The notes under the pieces are model-generated. The model searched no databases. It saw nothing but the letters and a program-made list of their open reading frames with translations, and was not told the DNA's origin. A program made the position numbers and the translations under genes. A stretch of DNA of 5,014 nucleotides, from contig JAAOMT010000179.1 in the NCBI GenBank assembly GCA_016748015.1, forward strand, positions 1 to 5,014, written 5' to 3'. This DNA comes from Geosiphon pyriformis uo1. Lineage: Eukaryota; Fungi; Glomeromycota. Shown here piece after piece: positions 1 through 5,014 of the stretch (position 1 is the first letter of the stretch; each line of letters begins with the position of its first letter).

Positions 1-1973
1 AGTGGAGGTTCAATATTACCAAGCCACATTAGAATATAGCGCTTTATTAATTGTATTTGCGGGACCAGTAATTATCTCAACCCCTTTAATATTTTAAATC
101 AAATAAAACTTGAGATAATAATGCTTCTTTATTTATATTAGAAATTAACAAAAAAAGAATGGGCTTCAAGAAAGTCGAAACAAGTCACACTTCGTTTTAA
201 AAATGGTCCAAAGTTAGGCTAAAAAATTCTTGTAGACTCAAAATTATTGAAAGATGTGAAATTATTAGTTCCTATTTTAATCCAAGCTATTCAATCATCT
301 TTAATTAAATTCCCAAGAGTAACTGAATGGTATGATATTATATTTACGGACATGGTCTTGGTTGAGGTTAGTTTCCTAGGGTCCCAATGAAATTTTTTTT
401 GATTTCATCAGTTTTGGAAAAAAAGCTTTTTGTATCGATCTTTACCCATTTTGGTGATGGGTTATAATCTTTCGTCATTATCAAATCATTAATATCAATA
501 AATTGGAAAGACAATTTGATAGTTTTTTTTGATTAAGAGAACATAGTATATGAAGAAAATGTGATAGCGTGAGAGTTCTAATAAAAGAGAATATGGGAAG
601 GAAGAATCAATTTATATTACAATATAAACCTGCAATAGAAAAATTATTTTTTAGCAAATAACTTTAAATGTTTTTAAAATAATTATAGCCAATGCTAAAC
701 ATATTAAGATGGATAATTTAAATAAAGATATTATAATTTCAGTAGTAAAAATTTTTTTTGTTAATACAAGTTTTTTTCTTAAGATATTAATTAATATTAA
801 TTGCTTTTTTATTTATAAATCTGAGTTTAATTATTAAAAAAATATTTTGTTTGGGTTTAATAAAAACTTAAAAGCCTTTTTGTAGTTTAACAAATTCTTT
901 TTGGTATTATTATTTTAATTAAGTTAATCTGTTAACTTATAACAATATAATATTGTTTATTTTAAAGACTTTTTTTTTGTTATTGTTATTTTTGCTTGGT
1001 AGTTTATATTAATAAAAGATACTTTTAAGACCAAATTGATTAATCTTTTTTTTAATTGTATTGTTTTTGAAATTAATGATTTAATTTTTCAAGTTTATAA
1101 TTATGCATGTTTTATTTTTCATTCTTTTAATTTTTATTATCATTAATAATTTGCTATTGTAACTTTTAAGTTTTTAGAAACTTTGAATATAACTGTTATA
1201 AAAATTAACATTTTATATAAGTATTATATTTGATGAAAAACTTCTAAATATTGTTATTATTACAAATATTAAAGTTTGGATCATATATTTTCGAATTATA
1301 AGATATTATTATTTCTTTTTTTCGGATTTTTTTTCAAGTCTGCTAATAGTTTCAAGTATTTTGTTTTATCTTTTATTAATATAAAATTTTATATAAAAGT
1401 TTTTGTCTTTTTGATTCTTTTTAATATTGTATTTTTGTTAATTTATTGGTTTTTCTAGAAACTAATCTGAATAAGTTAATTATACTGATCAAATTTATTA
1501 TTAATCTTATTAGTTTTTTAGTTGTTATATTCAATTAATTTCTTAAAAATAAACATAATATTAACTATTTATTTGTAAATAAGATTAATAAACTTGCAAA
1601 ACATATAACAGTCTTTAATAAAATTGTTGTTAAATTGGACAAAAAAATGATAATACTAAAGAAAAAATATAGTATAAAGAGAAAACTTAATGTATTTAAC
1701 TTTGTTATTAATATTAATATAAATAAAAACCCAGATTGTTTTGAATATAAAAAAATATTTAATAATTTAATAATATTTTAGAAACATAAAACTTCTAAAA
1801 AAATTAAGTTTAATTTTATAAAAACTGCTAAGTAGTTAACCAGTTTGATTCTAAGTAATTATAAGATGATTAGAATAGTTTAAGAATGGTTTTTTTGAAT
1901 AAATTTTCTTTTATAGTTTAATATTATTTAGCTTTGATTGATTTAAATGGCTGGTTACATATAGAAAAGACAT
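1..1973 (-). pseudogene. Long degenerate ghost ORF B (~657 codons, runs off the left edge), probably transposable-element encoded, family unrecognised
   Basis: One minus-strand frame (codon starts at coordinate mod 3 = 2) reads as protein-like from ATG TCT at 1973 to the window edge, with about 45 scattered stops. Examples: KDKTKYLKLLADLKKNPKKRNNNIL*FENI*SKL*YL***QYLEVFHQI*YL (coiled-coil-like if *=Q/R and K/N=E/D) and KFHWDPRKLTSTKTMSVNIISYHSVTLGNLIKDD*IAWIKIGTNNF...QIQLIKRYILMWLGNIEPP. The A-rich skew of the minus strand at 840-1500 fits coding on that strand. Confidence 0.55.
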
Positions 1974-2149
1974 AAATTATACTTATTTTAGAATCCTATA
2001 TAATTGTATATTAATAATTAGTGATTGGATTACACTTGTTAAATAAAAAATAAAAAAATAAAAAACATTGAAAAATTGTTATTATTAGTTATAATACAAA
2101 AAAATTACACAATATAATAGATACAAAGTTAAATAATAATAATATATAT

Positions 2150-3271
2150 TATTTGTTGTTTTATTCAAAGCTACTTTAAACATATATGTATTATTATTTT
2201 TTGTTTTAGCAAAATAATTTTACTTATTTTACAGTATATTCATATTTTGAAGTTATTTAAATCAATAAACCATTTTTTGTTATAATAAAAAAAATGTTTT
2301 ATTAACAAAATAGTAAACATTTATTTAAATTATTTTATTATTCAATTTTTTTTTTATTAGTATTATTAAATCAAAATAAATTATTATATTATATTAATTA
2401 TTAAAAATATTGATTAAACAAAAAAAATAATTTCAATTATTATAAATATAAAATTGTATTATTATCGTTTAAAATTTAAACAAAAAATTAAAAATTCTAT
2501 AATATAGCTTTATTTCAAATTTTAATAACAAAAATATGAATTTATATAAATATACAAAATTATTTTTAAATAAAAATAATTCAAATTTGCAAAAAAGTAA
2601 TCAAAATCAATTTTATTAATTTAATATAATATATTATTTTCATTTTTAAATATTTGTTTCTTTTTACAATAATCTATGAGTTTTTTATTTAAATTATTAA
2701 ATCATCAAATTACGACTTTAAATATGTTTTTTGATAAGATAATTTATATTTTATAAGTTGTTGTTTTATTAGAATTTTTATTTACTTTCTAATCCTTTTT
2801 AATTTTAAGCTTATGTTTGTAAAGAATTTTTATAATCTAAATAAAACAATAAAAACCTATTCGAGATATTTTTTTATTTTTGAACAACAAATAAGCATTA
2901 AGTAAACTTTTCAAATATTCAATAAAAAACATTTATTCTCTTTTTTAATAATTTTGTTGCTAGAATTCTTGAATCATGATAAATATGTTGCTTATATATT
3001 CATAATGCATTTCTTGCAATCTTTTTGGCTGATATTTACTGCTGAAATCATTATATTTTATTTTTTTGCATTCTGTATTTCTTCATTCTACAAATAAAAT
3101 TTGTTTATTGTCAAAAAATCTCTTCGCTAAGATATTTGGGAGGACATTGCCGAAGGTCTCTTCGGAAACAGAAAGATCGACATCTTCCGATTTCGGCACT
3201 GAGCGAGACCTCTGATATTTTATTTGGGAAGCAATTTTAAACGCCATAGTCGAACCCAATCTGGTTGGCAT
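2150..3271 (-). pseudogene. Degenerate ghost ORF A; boundaries and N-terminal frame uncertain
   Basis: The frame of the tracked 62-aa ORF (3271-3083) continues past its TGA as RNTECKKIKYNDFSSKYQPKRLQEMHYEYISNIFIMIQEF*QQNY..., then LYKHKLKIKKD*KVNKNSNKTTTYKI*IILSKNIFKVVI**FNNLNKKLIDYCKKKQIFKNENNILY*INKIDFDYFFANLNYF. The second part would be an ordinary acidic helical protein if G>A changes (E>K, D>N) were reversed. A competing frame from ATG 3086 is also protein-like for ~75 codons. Confidence 0.35.
3148..3211. other. Cluster of overlapping inverted repeats (candidate structured RNA element)
   Basis: Perfect pairings: TGCCGAA 3148-3154 / TTCGGCA 3192-3198; AGGTCTC 3154-3160 / GAGACCT 3205-3211; TCGGAA 3162-3167 / TTCCGA 3185-3190; CCGAAG 3150-3155 / CTTCGG 3160-3165; AAGAT 3173-3177 / ATCTT 3182-3186. 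Confidence 0.55.
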
Positions 3272-3380
3272 GTCTTTGTTACGACATGAGTCTTAGCCCT
3301 AACTAGTTATATCCTTCAGATTTTGAAATTACAACTTGTCATGTATTGTCGAGGAATTGACAGCAGGCACAGGTTAGTAC

Positions 3381-3420
3381 AAGAATTAAAGTATAGCTTT
3401 AAGAATTGATATATAGCATA
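3381..3420. repeat. Imperfect 20-bp tandem duplication
   Basis: AAGAATTAAAGTATAGCTTT followed by AAGAATTGATATATAGCATA, 15/20 identical. Confidence 0.4.
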
Positions 3421-3487
3421 TTCGTTATCATGTTTTTATGTAAAGTTTTTTCCACAAAAATATGAGCTATTTGAATTGTAATTTTTT

Positions 3488-3628
3488 TTTGCTAATTATG
3501 CAAGGGGCTCCCATTTTTAATTGCTAACTTTGACTGGGCTGCTGAATTTTAAGTTTATTCAAATATAGTTTCGAGATTGTTGCAATTTAAAAAAAAATGG
3601 TATAATTTGCTAATTATCAACCTTTGAC
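3488..3628. repeat. Short dispersed direct repeats
   Basis: TTTGCTAATTAT occurs exactly at 3488-3499 and 3606-3617, TTGCTAA again at 3521-3527, and CTTTGAC at 3528-3534 and 3622-3628. Confidence 0.45.
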
Positions 3629-3702
3629 ACTTTTAATAAAGGACGAAGTAAGGGTGGCTTCATATGGGAAACTCGAAAAAAATTTGTGGGTTATCCCGAA
3701 AA

Positions 3703-3744
3703 ATTACGTATAAAGGGGTGCATTGACCAGCCCTATTACGTAAT
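3703..3744. promoter_or_regulatory. Pair of bZIP-type ACGT-core sites forming an imperfect inverted repeat upstream of the SLR gene
   Basis: ATTACGTA at 3703-3710 and the perfect palindrome ATTACGTAAT at 3735-3744, about 310 and 280 nt upstream of ATG 4017. TTACGTAA is the established PAR/Yap-class bZIP site. The inner arms AGGGGTG / CAGCCCT also pair with one mismatch. Confidence 0.35.
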
Positions 3745-3971
3745 CTTGGCTTTCTTTTTTCTAAAATTTAAACAATCCAAAGATGGCAAAAAACTACAAA
3801 GTTTGATAGGCAAGATTTTTAAGGTAAAATATGTTTTTAATTGGTTATGACGGACTTTAAATGATTGAATTATAGTAAATTTCTCGTGTTAAATTATTTT
3901 CAATACGATTTCATCAAGCAAACCATCATATTTTTTATTATATTTAACATTTTAACTACCACTTCTCGAGC

Positions 3972-3991
3972 CTGATCATCTGTATTTATAG
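3972..3991 (+). other. Candidate branch point and 3' splice acceptor of a 5'-UTR intron of the SLR gene
   Basis: CTGAT (3972-3976) is followed by a T-rich tract and TTTATAG ending at 3991, 25 nt before the ATG. Candidate donors are AAG|GTAAAA at 3824 and TA|GTAAAT at 3875. Confidence 0.35.
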
Positions 3992-4016
3992 AACCAGAAA
4001 ATTTCACATAATAATA

Positions 4017-4670
4017 ATGGACAAAAAAAGCGAAGTGATCACCTGGTTTTTCGAATCTCTACCCACCTGGAACTTCCCATTTCATTTCCGAGACGACCTT
4101 CAAGACTTTATACTCACCAAATTCCCTACAACAGCTGATTTTTTCAATGAAATGATTTTATCCATTAAGCAACATGAATTAAACGCTCAAGAAATTACGA
4201 TTCTTGGATGCCTCTATCAAGAAGGAATCGGCTTTGTAACTGATATCCAAAAAGCCATCAAATTGTTCCAAAGAGCCGGTAGACTAGGGGAATCATGGGC
4301 TTATTACTTCTTAGGTCACTTATATGCCTCCCCAAATCGATATTCTAATATTTACAATAGGGCAGAAGCAATCTGTTGCTATGAACAAGCGGCTTACATG
4401 GGAAATCCACATTGCCAGTGTTCTGCGGGTATGATGTTGCAGTGTGGCGCTACTAAACATATCCCAAAGGCTCGCTATTGGCTCAATAAATCTGCAAAGT
4501 CTGGAAATACAATTGCAATGAACGGCCTTGGGATTTCGTATGCAACTCAGCCCCGATCTTCAAAGGATCCTCATGCTGCGATATATTGGTACGCTAAAGC
4601 CAGGAGACTGGACAACGAAATTGCAAAACATAACCTCATGTTATTCTTTAATCCTAGAAAAAGATATTAG
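4017..4670 (+). CDS. Sel1-like repeat (SLR, HCP-like/TPR superfamily) protein, 217 aa, four repeats plus a capping helix
   Basis: Intact ATG-TAG ORF, clearly more GC-rich than its flanks. Four 34-38 aa units fit the Sel1 consensus (A...LG..Y..G.G...D..KA..WY.KAA..GN): aa 57-92 (LGCLYQEGIGFVTDIQKAIKLFQRAGRLG), 93-130 (AYYFLGHLY...EAICCYEQAAYMGN), 131-164 (KARYWLNKSAKSGN) and 165-200 (AMNGLGISY...KDPHAAIYWYAKARRLDN), followed by AKHNL. The N-terminal ~55 aa resemble the helical pre-repeat segment of Glomeromycotina SLR proteins. No signal peptide or kinase domain is visible. Confidence 0.93.
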   Translation: MDKKSEVITWFFESLPTWNFPFHFRDDLQDFILTKFPTTADFFNEMILSIKQHELNAQEITILGCLYQEGIGFVTDIQKAIKLFQRAGRLGESWAYYFLGHLYASPNRYSNIYNRAEAICCYEQAAYMGNPHCQCSAGMMLQCGATKHIPKARYWLNKSAKSGNTIAMNGLGISYATQPRSSKDPHAAIYWYAKARRLDNEIAKHNLMLFFNPRKRY

Positions 4671-5014
4671 TGGTTGAGGCCTTCTGTTGGTCTGGTGAAA
4701 TTTACATCGACTCTTATCAAGAATTTGTTTCCTATTTTTACCAACATAATTAATGCTTTGTAGAATTAACCTAAAAATTGACCCCCATCTTTGCAGTTAT
4801 TTTAAATAATAACAAAAATTAATTTTATTTTCTAATTGCCCATGAAGACTCATTTAATGTCCTTCTAAACAAATTTAAACTTGTCAGCTTTTATCAAATA
4901 TTGCAATTAATGATCGGGAAGTCAACTTTTCAAAGAGGCTTGATTTAAGCTAAGGTGTCTGATAAAATGAAAGACAAGCTTTTGCAATCTATAACTTAAG
5001 AAGAATTCCAGATC

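Larger units (their letters stand above)
1..3286 (-). mobile_element. Hypermutated repeat/TE relic, possibly the 5' internal region of an LTR retrotransposon
   Basis: Two tandem co-oriented ghost ORFs, extreme GC loss (3 G+C in the 60 nt at 2341-2400), a structured GC-rich leader at 3120-3275 and an LTR-end-like ...GTCGTAACA on the minus strand ending at 3277. No diagnostic enzyme motif, second terminus or target-site duplication is seen. Confidence 0.45.

Noticed and set aside
2-329. Plus-strand spliced pseudogene: exon 2-67, intron 68-141 (GTAATT...TTAG), exon 142-329 (KLTKKEWASRK...FPRVTEW) with TAA at 220
   Set aside because: Splice phases fit, but the 142-329 frame is the same shadow frame that gives the spurious 1276-1458 ORF, and the minus-strand reading explains a much longer region. 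Not fully excluded; a homology search of both translations would decide.
1276-1458. Tracked 60-aa + strand ORF resembling a small membrane protein
   Set aside because: It starts at TTG, its F/L/I/K composition simply reflects T-rich DNA, and it is best explained as the antisense shadow of ghost ORF B.
2040-2700. CRISPR array, satellite or organellar insertion in the ultra-AT-rich core
   Set aside because: No periodic repeat unit, tRNA/rRNA or mitochondrial protein motif is present; low complexity alone accounts for the apparent short repeats.
1-3100. Alternative genetic code (TAA/TAG = Gln as in ciliates, or TGA = Trp) making the ghost frames intact genes
   Set aside because: All three stop types interrupt the frames, and the neighbouring SLR gene uses CAA/CAG and TGG, has no internal stops and ends at TAG.
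3154-3211. Hammerhead ribozyme (GAAAC at 3165-3169, CTGAGCGA at 3199-3206)
   Set aside because: The CUGANGA box has an extra base, and stems I-III cannot be built directly adjacent to the core motifs.
3083-3271. Tracked 62-aa - strand ORF as an independent gene
   Set aside because: No recognisable motif. It overlaps the structured patch and its frame continues past the TGA, so it is either the start of ghost ORF A or a chance ORF.
3297-3302. Telomere-like CCCTAA
   Set aside because: Single hexamer with no array; expected by chance.
3373-3379. Perfect TACTAAC branch point on the minus strand
   Set aside because: The next AG is over 30 nt away without a good pyrimidine tract, and no coherent exon follows.
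3141-3745. IscB/HEARO omegaRNA-like words (ACATTGCCGAAGG near 3144, TTGACCAGCC...TACGT near 3723) or a Fanzor/TnpB locus
   Set aside because: The words are in the wrong order and ~570 nt apart, and no RuvC, HNH or zinc-finger motif is visible in any frame I read.
4671-5014. Additional gene or terminator downstream of the SLR gene
   Set aside because: No substantial ORF or strong hairpin; it looks like ordinary 3' UTR and intergenic sequence.

Overview
Eukaryotic-looking, very AT-rich DNA, most consistent with an arbuscular mycorrhizal fungus (Glomeromycotina). That assignment is an inference from the Sel1-repeat protein architecture, base composition and fungal-type splice signals. The only intact gene is an intronless 217-aa Sel1-like repeat (SLR) protein at 4017-4670 (+). 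Positions 1 to ~3290 are not featureless intergenic DNA. They read as a heavily transition-mutated relic on the minus strand with two long, stop-riddled ghost frames (~3271 to ~2150, and 1973 to the left edge), probably from a multi-ORF transposable element. GC falls to ~5% in the core and CpG is scarce there. The relic's right end (3120-3290) is an apparently unmutated, CpG-rich, strongly base-paired patch ending at an LTR-terminus-like motif (TGTTACGACA, 3277-3286). No transposase, RT or integrase motif is recognisable in the window, so the element class is unproven. All counts are by hand. The printed line starting at 601 appears one base short, so frame continuity across it relies on the line coordinates.
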